A DNA stretch of 64,000 nt, from the NCBI GenBank assembly GCA_004764695.1, contig SMSO01000025.1, positions 5,496,862 through 5,560,861 on the forward strand, given 5' to 3'. How positions within the stretch are numbered: position 1 is the stretch's first letter; every line of letters starts with the position of its first letter. The DNA comes from Schizochytrium sp. TIO01. Its lineage: Eukaryota > Protista > Bigyra: Labyrinthulomycetes. The translations under genes and the position numbers were made by a program. Under the pieces are notes generated by a model. It worked only from the letters and a program-made list of their open reading frames with translations, made no database searches and had not been told where the DNA came from. This document shows, piece by piece, positions 11,422 to 22,278 of the stretch.

Positions 11422-14400
11422 TTATGTATGGAAATGAGGAATCGTAATTTGCTCCTCGCTATGAAATTTGATATTGCAATGCTTACAAATGTAAGCATTG
11501 CAAGTTTGGCACCATCGAGTGGTCTTCCGTGGATTACGATATGGATGGTCTGGCGCCGATCCCCGTTCGCAATCAACACAACACATAATGCAGGCTCCCC
11601 TCTTCTTGAACTTGCCCACGCATTCATGCTGTCCAACTAAACGAGTTTGTAGAAGTTCTGGGAGTCGTGACTTACTGTATTGATACTGTTGCGGCGATTC
11701 TAGCGAGGCTGTAGAAGTAGGCGAAATGGTGTTATCAGTTGCTCTCCAGCAGAATTCTATGTCAGACATGGAACAAGTATTGTCAAATGGGTAAAGGGAT
11801 TCCATTGAGACAACCCTAATTTCTTCTGCGAGACTACTTAGATAGCCTCTATAGCAGCACAGATTTTTGCGTAGCATTGACCATTCCGTAATTGTTTTAC
11901 ACTTCGATGTGAGGTTCCGATGCTCCATTGAGAGGAGCTGATACGCTCGAAACGAGTTGTATAAAATATAGTCAATGAATGTTAAACAAACCAAAGCATT
12001 AGGAGTCAGCTTTGAAGTACGAATGCTCGCTCCATTGATAGTTTTTCTAGTGATATCAACTCCGCCCATCATCTTATTCCAGACACTAACAGTCAAAGGC
12101 AGTAGGCGTTTGCAAGGCGGTGGGGTTCCGTTGACCAGCACGTCGTCACTATGCCTCCGCCAAAGCTGCAAAGCGAGTTCGGCACTGTGTAAATCCACAG
12201 CATAACCCCAGTCTGGTGATTGGTCTGGTGCAAAACGAGGAAACCTACCAAGTTGATTGCCATAAGCAAAGCCCATGTATTCATCACTCAACGCTTTGAA
12301 ATACTCACGCCATGACTGGCGCTGGGCACATGAGACTTTGATTAGCACTCCTTGCATGATTTCCTCAGTTGTGGCATATATAAGGAGGGTGTAAGGGACA
12401 TCTAAAGTAGCTGCATGATGGATACACTGAGTTCGAAACGACGGATTTGGGACTAACGACTCGAACTCACTTGTTCCACATTTGCATTCGTGCCACGCAC
12501 TCTGACCAGCAACTCGAGACTTTAACTCATCTATAGTTTTGGCATTTGTACTTGTTTTGATTTCTAAGGCAAATACATCATCTATAACAAAATTGTTTCC
12601 TTCTAGCTCTGTATTCCTCAAAAGAACAGCTGCACCGTCGGGTGAGTCTGCTACAAATTGGACTTCCCGATTAATAATCAGACCATATTTGCGTAGCTGG
12701 AGAATACAGAATTTATTGGAACTTGCTTTCTTAACCCATCTGGAAAGATCTTTCGCCACGTCTGCCTCATTTTCAATCCCCAAAGCCAGTGGGTTTTTAT
12801 GATTCGAAAACCCATTTTGAATAGGCTTCATAAACCAACTTGGTGTGATTGTTCTAAGAAATGATTTCTGGCGTTCCTCGAAAGTGCATGTATGGTTATC
12901 ATCAATCGTTTCAGAATTGTGCAAGGGAAAGCTGTCCCCAATGTCACTACTGTCACTCATTTCCAGCAGGTCTTGAGTAGTGGACTCCTGAGATGCATGC
13001 TGAGGGTGTATGTCTTCCTGTAAGGAAGATAGTTCTCCGTTTGAGACCGTTTCATGATCTATAGTTCTTGATAGGATGTCTACGATCCGCTTGGCTAGTT
13101 CGATCTTTTTGCCATCAGTCTTTGCACCTACATCCAAAGAAAGTAACTTTTGGATAAGCTCATTTTTGTTCATACGTTGCATCCAGTATGTATATTCAAG
13201 AATAAGACCCTCCCCTTGACGCTTCCTTTTATATTGCTTCTGAGCTCCTTCAGATGAATAAGAAGAACGCTTATTAGGACGGGGGAATAATGAGATAATT
13301 CGTTGCGGGTCAAGACAAGCGAACGATTTCACATCGTGGTGTAAGGCCATAAGCTCATCCGAATGAACGAATGGAGCATTTTTAAAGTTGATACAGGTAA
13401 AAGCACCGGTGCTTGTAATTCTAAATTGCCGAGCCATAAACCAGTCAGGTGTTCTTTGGGAAATTGTCATTGAGAAGATATTGGCGTTCACAAGGTTAAT
13501 TTTATGATTAGCTTGTGCCTTCATCTTATATGTACTCATGTCACACGGCTCTATCTCAATCTCAGCATGTGGAACGCGCTTTACACCACCTGGTGAGTTC
13601 CAATCTACTCCAGCAGGAAGTACTTCGTAACTCCAAACTTGGTCAGCCAAACAACGGTCGTTCGTGATGAGTTGTGCAACTCTATGCTTTCCCGCACCGT
13701 GACGCATCATCATCGCAGCAACAAAATCGCCATTCTGGTATCTTTGAGCGGTGTAGGTGCTTCGACGGCCATTCCTGTTAATGATAGTTTGACTTCCCCT
13801 CACAGGCGTAGCAGGAACTGGTCCTTCAACATCTATAAACGGGAATGACGAGGTCTTGCGACAAGTTCCAAGAAATTTGACTCCCTTTGACTGAAGAATT
13901 TGAGTTATGTTTGTTGCACGATCCATATCCTGAGGTTTCGATAATGCCAGATAACCACGATCAATGAATACACGAAGCTCTGAAGACACAGACGCATCAG
14001 GGCTTTCTCCTGACTCCCCCTCATTCAGAAAATCTATTGCCTTGCTTACAATTTTATGAACAGGTGAGTGGGAAGTCTCTAACCGTGGTACTAGGAGCAG
14101 ACCTGTACCCACAGAGCACACAAGATGTATCACGGGTTTCTGTTTTTTTGTTTTCGTTGGAATGGTACGAATTCCAAAATTCTCCCACTGAGGAGAACCA
14201 TAGGGAAGCTTGTCGTCATCAAGATCGATCCAAGTGGTTTTAGGGACAAAGAACATCTTCACCCAATGGCGCTGAGCAGCACCTCCCATTTCATGGATGA
14301 TCGGACTTGAGGAGCATACTCTAGCCTCGCGTGACCCTTTTGTTGCCCGATTGGACTTGTCCAGGCTCATTGCCTTTCGAACTTTTGAATAGGATACCGT

Positions 14401-14937
14401 ATGGGCTAGATTCCAATGACCTGGTGGGTCCTCAAGACACTCCGAGAACGACTTTCCTGCAACTCGCAGAGAAATTTCAACGAGAAGGTAGGCACGGAAA
14501 TCTTGATCCGTGATAGAAAATGGCGGAGATGCGTTTGAGCTAAGACTATTCAACCATTCCTTAACTGCAATCACCCAGCCTGGCGGCAAACAAATCTTGA
14601 AACTATCAAGCCTGGTAAATTTGTAGTTATTGTCAACACGAAGAACCTTTCGAATCCTTTTAGTAATCTCCGAACTTTCTTGTTGAACCTTGGGGAGCAT
14701 TAATTCGCTTGAGCAATTGTACTTGAGTTGGACTGCGTTCATGCCAAGTTGAGACCCAGATAGGTTGCTGTGGTACTTTGCGCCTTCAGTGGAGTAAGAT
14801 TGAAAGGTCCAGTTTTCATGGCCAGGAGTACTTGCCGATGAACACTCATAGAGATCGTTCTCGTCTTCATCAGAAGAAGACTCATCAGAGGAAATGTAGA
14901 TTGAGTCCTTGTCATTCTCGACGTCATCTAGAGACAT
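11422..14937 (-). CDS. piggyBac-type DDD transposase with inserted YqaJ/lambda-exonuclease-like nuclease and SAP-like domain, C-terminal Cys-rich zinc finger
   Basis: Acidic N-terminus. piggyBac core motifs: WIDLDDDKL (D~240), VFIDRGY (D326), LQSKGVKFLGTCRK, WNKMMGGVD (D961), DYILYNSFRAY, and C-terminal RGACIMC...RKTTRWCQTCNAYICKHCNIKFH. Between D326 and D961: QRTPDWFMARQFRITST, LGIENEA, GLIIN...ADSPDG, LEIKT, FRTQCIHH (YqaJ/lambda-exo motifs) and MNKNELIQKLLSLDVGAKTDGKKIELAKRI (SAP-like). Confidence 0.9.
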   Translation of the reverse strand: MSLDDVENDKDSIYISSDESSSDEDENDLYECSSASTPGHENWTFQSYSTEGAKYHSNLSGSQLGMNAVQLKYNCSSELMLPKVQQESSEITKRIRKVLRVDNNYKFTRLDSFKICLPPGWVIAVKEWLNSLSSNASPPFSITDQDFRAYLLVEISLRVAGKSFSECLEDPPGHWNLAHTVSYSKVRKAMSLDKSNRATKGSREARVCSSSPIIHEMGGAAQRHWVKMFFVPKTTWIDLDDDKLPYGSPQWENFGIRTIPTKTKKQKPVIHLVCSVGTGLLLVPRLETSHSPVHKIVSKAIDFLNEGESGESPDASVSSELRVFIDRGYLALSKPQDMDRATNITQILQSKGVKFLGTCRKTSSFPFIDVEGPVPATPVRGSQTIINRNGRRSTYTAQRYQNGDFVAAMMMRHGAGKHRVAQLITNDRCLADQVWSYEVLPAGVDWNSPGGVKRVPHAEIEIEPCDMSTYKMKAQANHKINLVNANIFSMTISQRTPDWFMARQFRITSTGAFTCINFKNAPFVHSDELMALHHDVKSFACLDPQRIISLFPRPNKRSSYSSEGAQKQYKRKRQGEGLILEYTYWMQRMNKNELIQKLLSLDVGAKTDGKKIELAKRIVDILSRTIDHETVSNGELSSLQEDIHPQHASQESTTQDLLEMSDSSDIGDSFPLHNSETIDDNHTCTFEERQKSFLRTITPSWFMKPIQNGFSNHKNPLALGIENEADVAKDLSRWVKKASSNKFCILQLRKYGLIINREVQFVADSPDGAAVLLRNTELEGNNFVIDDVFALEIKTSTNAKTIDELKSRVAGQSAWHECKCGTSEFESLVPNPSFRTQCIHHAATLDVPYTLLIYATTEEIMQGVLIKVSCAQRQSWREYFKALSDEYMGFAYGNQLGRFPRFAPDQSPDWGYAVDLHSAELALQLWRRHSDDVLVNGTPPPCKRLLPLTVSVWNKMMGGVDITRKTINGASIRTSKLTPNALVCLTFIDYILYNSFRAYQLLSMEHRNLTSKCKTITEWSMLRKNLCCYRGYLSSLAEEIRVVSMESLYPFDNTCSMSDIEFCWRATDNTISPTSTASLESPQQYQYSKSRLPELLQTRLVGQHECVGKFKKRGACIMCCVDCERGSAPDHPYRNPRKTTRWCQTCNAYICKHCNIKFHSEEQITIPHFHT

Positions 14938-15352
14938 GACACACAGCTGACGTTAAACTCAAGCGCCAATGGACCTCTTCGCTGAGGGAAGTGCTGATAG
15001 ATCCCAAGTAGACTAGCAAGTGGACGATGAAGTAAGGTATGATGTACTTTTGTTGGTACTGCTGGCACTACATGCTGGCGCAAGATATTATTGATGTTTA
15101 TCAGTATTAATTGTCTGGTAGAACAGGTACCGTGGGAGAACCTAACGACCATGTGTCAAATACCTGTTAACCTAACCACCACCTAACCGCCACTGAGAAT
15201 GTCATTGTTTGGTCCTAAACTCAACTATCAATCGGAGAATCATGAGAACATGATAACATATGGACAGGTGAGGTCGGGGAGGGTAAACTAAACGAGTTTC
15301 ATCCCGAACAGAGCTAGACTGTTGAATTGATCAATGACTCAAGTAGGTACAT

Positions 15353-15381
15353 ATTTTTCGGGACGTAATAAGTCCTTAAAT
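15353..15381. repeat. Degenerate second copy of the subterminal palindrome (ATTTTTCGGGACGTAATAAGTCCTTAAAT)
   Basis: Left arm identical to that of 15411-15441; right arm decayed. Confidence 0.7.
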
Positions 15382-15410
15382 ACTCTACCGGGAAAATTAA
15401 AGTTTATCCG

Positions 15411-15441
15411 ATTTTTCGGGACGTAATACGTCCCGAAAAAT
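15411..15441. repeat. Perfect 31-bp subterminal palindrome ATTTTTCGGGACGTA-A-TACGTCCCGAAAAAT abutting the right TIR
   Basis: 15-bp arms are exact reverse complements. Confidence 0.88.
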
Positions 15442-15449
15442 AGCCAGGG
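15441..15449 (-). repeat. Right terminal inverted repeat TAGCCAGGG, followed by TSD TTAG (15450-15453)
   Basis: Reverse complement of 10961-10969. Confidence 0.9.
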
Positions 15450-18400
15450 TTAGTTTCGTTCTTTCTTTCCTTTGATTAATTAATTAGTTATTTCTTATAA
15501 AGTTCACTCAGATCATGATGACGAAGAGTGACGGGCGGTGGAATAACAGAGCAAGAGGCACATCAAGATGGGGATCTAAACGGAGTAATAGCGAGCTAAT
15601 AATTGAAGCAACACATGGAGGGAAAGGTTAACAAAGGGAACTGCTTTCATCCAGTCACCTTTAAGTTCGTCGCGCTGATGCTTTAAGACTTTGTTGATGC
15701 ATATAAATATAAATTATATATATATAAAATCTTCTTTAAAATAAAACAAAAGAAAAGAAAGGATGGAAACTTGTAAGAGACCACAGAAAACCAAACCAAA
15801 ATGACTGGAACCATATTATTCTTCTAGCTCGGCGCAGGGCATTAGCAAGTTTTGCTCGAAGGACCATCGCAGCAGCTTTAGGTAATATGCCTCATCAGGA
15901 TCCCAAGTTGTGCTTTGCTTTTTCAGATGTTCTTGCTTGCTGTTCTCTTTCTATAGTGGACTGGACTACTATGCATTCAATTACAACAAAGTCTTGTTTT
16001 TCTTGTTTTGAAGTTCAAGTTATAAAAATCAAAACATATATTCATAAGGCAGTAGAACAGCAAAACTTGATACATCAGCGCCAAACTCGACACAGAAAGG
16101 AGTGAAAGCCGTGAGCAAAGAGCATTCGGAATCTTCGGACGTAGGAAATGCTTATTGTTTACCTTCGTGATTCTCCAATCATCTTTCTAACTTCTATTGA
16201 AGCACGAGAGCCAAAAACCTGCCTGTTTATTCGGTATCGATTCATCCATAACAACGCTACAGTGCTCTAGAGCTTTTGCGGATGGTCCTCCTAACCCTTG
16301 AAATAGGACTCTGCTAGGGACATTTGCGCCTGTGTTTGCCACTAAACATCATAGTTATCCCTTTTTCTCTTTTCTTTTCTTTTCTTTTCTTTTCTGAAAA
16401 AAAGAAACCAAAACATTTTCCTTTCTTCTGATTAAAAGGTGACGAAACATAATACCGCGGTTACGAAGTATAATGTGAAGGCCTTGAAAGCCTGATGTGA
16501 GGCTTAAAGGGAGCTCTGTCGTTGGCTTAACTGCAGCCCGAAACCCTCGCATCACCTCAGCGGCGTCATGGTCGGCGGGTATTTATGCAAGGACTCGGAA
16601 GCGAAGGATATTTATCTACCTTTTTTAGCCCGCGTTCTAAACAAAATCGCAGTGATATTTTTTGCGGGTCTTTTTTATTCTGTAATTTTCTAATTTTCAA
16701 TTTTCAATCTTCAATTTTCAATCATAATAATTAAAAAAAAATAAAAAAAAATATATATATATATATAAAATATAAAATAAAGGGGAGGAAATGCGAAATT
16801 TTGCAGATTAGCCATATCCCTTTCGCATACGCCGTACGGTACGCCTGGTCCTTCGCATGTTTCTCAAATCGCAGCCGCCGCACCGCACCTGCTGTTCCTC
16901 TGCATCCCTCTTTGCCCCCTCTTTCCCCCGCCCTGCTCCAAAGCCACAAGGTTTCCTCCACGGCGCAGATCTGCCTGGCTTCTCCTGGTCCGCTATCATC
17001 GCGCACGCTCTCTCGCCAATTTCTGAGGCGCTCATTCACGACCATACTAACGCTACAGTCTGCTACCGCACTCCTACTACGCCCTCCTTCAACTTCTTCT
17101 TCTTCTTCTGTTGAGCTGTTCCGCTTTGAGGAGTGTTCTTTATTTGTGTTTATTTATAATTTATATAGAGGATGCACTCACTGACAGCTCAAGGTAACCA
17201 AAACCTCCTATCTATCTATTCATCTATCCATCGATTGATGTGTTGACTGATGATTGATGTGTTGATTGATGATTGATGTATTGATTGATTGACGTATTGA
17301 TTGATTGATTGATTCATTCATTTATTTGATTTTGATTTGATTTGATTTATTGATGGCGCCTTCCGCGTCATCCTCCCTATTATTCCCCTTGCGCGGCACA
17401 AGAGCGCGGTTCTGTGGTGGGCCTCTCACAGAACCCGACCACGCGCATTATAAAGTACATCAAGGTTGGAAATGCGCGCGGTCTGGTGGCAAATGGGGCG
17501 ACCCGCGGCGGGCTCCACGAAATCGTTCACGATGGCGGCAAAAGCGGCGACGATGGTCCGCAGGAGCAAAGAAAGACGAGGCAGGGAGGGCGGGCGGAGG
17601 GAGAGAAGGCGGAGAGGCCGCCGCAGAGGGCACGGAGGCGCCGAGGAGGGAGAGGGCGAGCTCCAGCGCGCCGGCCTCGCCTGCTGCGCTGAGGAGAGCG
17701 CGGCGCAGCGGCACAGCACTCCCTGCGTAGCACCTTGTTTGTTTATCGATTCATTTTGTTATTATTATTTTTAATTGAATTTATTTATTTTTTCCATTAT
17801 TTTAATGTCTTTATTTCTTTATAAAGTTTGTTTTCATTTCATTTCTTTCTTGATTGCTCTAAAGTACGATTGTTTGATTGTTTGATACTCTTAAGTCTCT
17901 CCTGCCCAGTGCGGTTCTCGTCCTAGGAAGTGGTATACATAGATACATACATAGATACATACATACATACCTACCCTTTTCTACGCCCATAAGTGGAGAA
18001 TTCCTGCCACAAGTGGGCCTATTAGAGGCGCAAGTAGACTATAGGAGCCTATACTTCACTTGCCCCCGCGCCAAAGATGCCGCAGATGTTCTAGGAGTTC
18101 CCCAAGTTCCACAAGTTCCCCGGCACCGAACTGAAAGAGAGAGAAAGAGGATTCAAAATGCGCCCCTCTTTTGTTATTTGTGGAGGAGTTCTTTGAGGTC
18201 CATGAAAGTGGTTTTTATTTTGTTTTCGACTGATGAAGTAAAAACGAAGAAGTAAGGAGTGCCATCACATATCATCATACACATACATATCATATGCGCG
18301 TCGCCTGTACGTAAGTGCGAGACTTTGAAAGATAGATCGAGGAGAGAATGAAAGATTTACTATGCCGCTTCTTCTTTTTTTGGAGTCGTGCTATGCAGAG

Positions 18401-18970
18401 GGTAGATACTATTATGGCTACGCTGAAGCTCATTTTTCAGACTCTCTCCAGAGAGAGGATTGAAAAGAAGATCTTTTACACACTCATGAAGGGCAAATCA
18501 TGAATAAACACGCTCTGATCTGCTTCGAATCGTCCTGAGGGACAGCAGGAGAATCTGTCAAACTTCATCTGCTTGCTTGCTTGCTTGCTTGCTTGATCAC
18601 CATGACCTCAAGCGTAAGCTTTGCAAGGTCTAAGTCGCCTGCAGAGTTGTCCTTGTCAGAGCCCCAAGGTCTTGCTTGTTCCATTCAGATTTATGGTCGC
18701 GATCGATCGTAGCACTCTTCTTCGCTTAATTTGCCATCGCAGCAGCTGTTCATAGATCTCAAGGGATTATCAGTATCATTTTTTAACTGTAAAAATAGTG
18801 TATACAGTAGCGAAACAAACAGCGAGAGCACGAGTGTTCCTTTCGGCCCCCTTCTTCTTCTGCTATAAAAAGAAGAACAGTCATCGATGCTTTCTTTCTT
18901 TCTTTATTTCTTTCTTTCTTTCTTTCTTTCTTTTCATAGTTCTTTCAAGAATGCAGGTTCCAAAAGGCGA

Positions 18971-18973
<3 letters not shown>

Positions 18974-19013
<40 letters not shown>
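18974..19013. repeat. (TCA)n microsatellite
   Basis: About 13 perfect units read directly. Confidence 0.9.
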
Positions 19014-19311
19014 GCAATTATTCATTCATCAGCGATGGTTCGTGATTCATCGTCTCCAAAATAAATCAGAAACAGCCATCGCATAATCAGACACACCTTC
19101 GAGAGCGCTAGCGCAGACCAGGGCCGATTGGAGCGTGCATACCGCTCTTCGAAAGCCTCAAAGGCCTTCACGCGAACAGGATAGCAATTTCCTTCTCCAG
19201 GAGGCGCCACTTTTCGAAAATGGGAATTTATCGTTTTCCAGGTCTGGTATCTCCGCACCAGACAGACCCGCAAACCTGCGATGCTTGAAAAAAGAAAAAA
19301 GAAAAGAAAAG

Positions 19312-19347
<36 letters not shown>

Positions 19348-19687
19348 TTGTCAATCGGAATCCAATGCTCCCAAGGGTTCTTTCATTCTCGCAAACCTCG
19401 AAGCTTTGATCTTCTATTTCCTCAGACCTTCTCCTCGCAAATATAAAACGTTGGTCGAATGGGGCGGCTGCTCTCCGGTCGACCGCCTGCTCAGCTTGGC
19501 ACCACAAGCGTGCGACATACATTATCTTCGAAATGGTGCATCTTTGGCGATGACCATCTTCTTCATTTGTTTATCTGCCGTGGCATAGTTTTTTTATTTT
19601 TTTTTTATTTATTTTTTAAAATAAAGTAAAGTTATAAGAAAGGATAGCGAAAGAAGTATTGGAAAGAAGGAACGAAAGAACGAAACC

Positions 19688-19850
19688 AACTAACTAATTA
19701 ACTAGTTTACTAGTTAACTAATTGACTAACTAACTAATCAAATAAATAAATAAATAAATAATTAATTAATTAAATAAATAAATAATTAACTAATTAACTA
19801 ACTAATTAACTAACTAATTAACTAACTAATTAACTAACTAATTAACTAAC
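19688..19850. repeat. Compound (TAAC/TAAT/TAAA)n microsatellite, ending in TAACTAACTAAT 12-mer units
   Basis: Read directly. Confidence 0.85.
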
Positions 19851-22240
19851 TGGAGAACCGCGGATGGCAACAAAAGCGGCGCAAGGTGCACAAATCCGCA
19901 CCGTGGCATCGTCATCATTGCAGATGGCATCATCACCACCGGCAGCAGCGATCAACAAGCATCTCCGCGACCACACGCCGCTTGCGGTGCTCGGCTCTCC
20001 CCGCCTGCACCGCGTTGTTTGCCCATTCTTGCACTGGCAAGCTTTCGCCAAGGCGGCGAGGAAGATGCGCATCACCTAGGTTTCCCAAAACCAAACCAAG
20101 GCACCTCTTTTGTCAATACTTCTTCTTCTTCTTCTTCTTCTTCTTTCCAGCTACTACTTCTCCTCTGCCCAAGGCCCTTCTGCCTGCAACGTCCACAGCG
20201 ATCGATCGACCTCTGGCCACCCGGTGAGCTAGCTGCTCTCAGTCTCCGTCAACCTGCAGGTATCGGCGATGGCCCTCCACCATCTGGAGATGCTCGCTGA
20301 GATGCTCGAAGAGATAGATAGATCATGGAGCCCGGCTGGAACCGCGGGAACGTCCAGAACAAAACGAACGTTGGGAACAGCTGGAACGGCACGGCATCGT
20401 TGAGAATTGGGCAGTCTTGTGGTTGCGCGATCTGCGGCTTCTTCCTTGACGGCCTCATCACCGGCATCTCCTCCGCACGCTTCCACAAAAGCAACTTCAA
20501 TTCGACGTCAACAACTCAAGTTGGGCATACATACATACATAGATACAACATACAACATGCATGCATGCATGCATATGCATACATAGCGAGCTGCTTGCGC
20601 TTGGAACACGGAGGCGAGAGACCATCGATGGTAGCGATCGATCATTTGACCATGGAATCTGTCCTCGAATCGATGCCAAACCTCCACTGAGCGCATGAAT
20701 AAATGGAGACTACTTAGGTCGGTACCCAACCGTGCGCTCTGAAGATCATTAGTTTGTTTTGGGATTGGGTTTGTTTGTAGTGCCTCGCATGGGTTTAGGA
20801 CTCGGACTGCTGCAGCGCTAGAGGACGCAGGTATGTGTGTATGTGCGTATTGGATGCTCGCTCATTCTTGCAGGCATGTGTAATTGATTGATGTATTTTG
20901 ATGTATTGATTGATTGACTGATGCATTGATTGATGCATTGATTGTCTTGAGACCTCAGATGACATCATATTGCATGACACGCGAAGCTGTATTTTAGTTC
21001 AAGAGTGAAAGGCCGACTAATGCAGAACTTGAAGACGTGTTGGGAAGTCGTCGTCTGCCACTGCAGTAGAAGGCACATCTTGCAACTGCACATGTAAGTA
21101 GTAGGTACCTAGCTAGACACCTAGACTTGTTGTCTTTTTGCTTTATAATTTTATTTTCTAAAGCGATGTAGCATAGTATAGGCCATAATGGGACCTACTA
21201 CTTTCTGATGGCTAGAGAGAGACTCTTTCAAAGCTGTTAACCTTTTTTTTTCTTTTTTTTTTTTTTTTAAATTAAATTTCAATCCAATATGTAGTAGCCT
21301 GGGTAAAGATTTTACCTTTTTCTTCGAAGTTCTTTTGGTTTTAACTGTGATATTGGACAACTGCACATGGTGGCAGCATCAGAACGGAAAGCTCAGGAGA
21401 AGCAGAAGAGGTGACCTTTGCTTTGTACCTTCCTACCTGTTTCATTGCTTTGCTTACTCTGTGGCCGACGCTGACGCCGATGCTGGTTCAGGATCTGTTC
21501 TGTCTTTTCTAAACCCGTGTTTTCTTCAACCTGTTTTTTTAATTTTTTTGAAGAGTTTTCGTTCTCCTTTTCTTCATCGTGAGCATTCGTCTTCATCTCA
21601 TTTCCAGTCCCATTTTCATTAACATTTTTTTAATTTAAATAATATATATATATATTGAAAAGTGATGTTAAAAAATTGTTCTAACTTTAACCAAATTGAT
21701 AACGAAATAAAATCAATTGTAAATACCTATCTATCTATGGGGTACCATGTTTCATTTGTCCTTTTAGTAGATTTATAGATTCAGACTAGGCCTATAAATA
21801 ATAGTAAATACATAACAAAGCCCTAGGCACTGCTACCTACCATATCTGAGCACTTGAAGTCGTGGCTTTTCTTTTGTGCCCTTGCTCAGTGAGTCACTTC
21901 CCGACCATTGCCCTCGCCGCATCATCTTCGGCGAGACAGCTCCGAGCGAAACAAGGCACCAGTCCATAGTCACAGCAGAGCAGAGTTTGATAACTTTAAT
22001 CAATAATAGCTAACTAACTAGCTTGCTATAGAGATATGCGGCACCTGCTCTGGATACTACCTATGCAATGATTTTGGTACGGGCCCTTACGTCTGCACCT
22101 GCTCCAGCTTATCAATAGACTAAGGCCTCTATGCGATTGACAAAAAAGCAAATTTGGTGTACCTAGGTACCTACTACCAGGCTCTGTTTTTTAGATTTTT
22201 AGAAGAGGTGGCAAGCGATGCGATAGCAGGAGGCAGCAGG

Positions 22241-22278
22241 CTTTGCAAAAGTTCCTTTGCAAAAGTTCCTTTGCAAAA
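22241..22278. repeat. 14-bp tandem repeat (CTTTGCAAAAGTTC) x~2.7
   Basis: ctttgcaaaagttc ctttgcaaaagttc ctttgcaaaa. Confidence 0.85.

Larger units (their letters stand above)
10961..15449 (-). mobile_element. Intact autonomous piggyBac-like DNA transposon (4,489 bp) encoding a transposase-exonuclease fusion
   Basis: Perfect 9-bp TIRs CCCTGGCTA (10961-10969) / TAGCCAGGG (15441-15449), i.e. CCC...GGG termini as in piggyBac. Identical 4-bp flanks TTAG (10957-10960, 15450-15453), subterminal palindromic repeats, and one uninterrupted 1171-aa ORF. Confidence 0.92.

Noticed and set aside
17045-17058. TACTAAC followed by GCTACAG (branch point plus acceptor-like)
   Set aside because: No coding exon can be built on either side, and several TACTAAC 7-mers are expected by chance in 64 kb.
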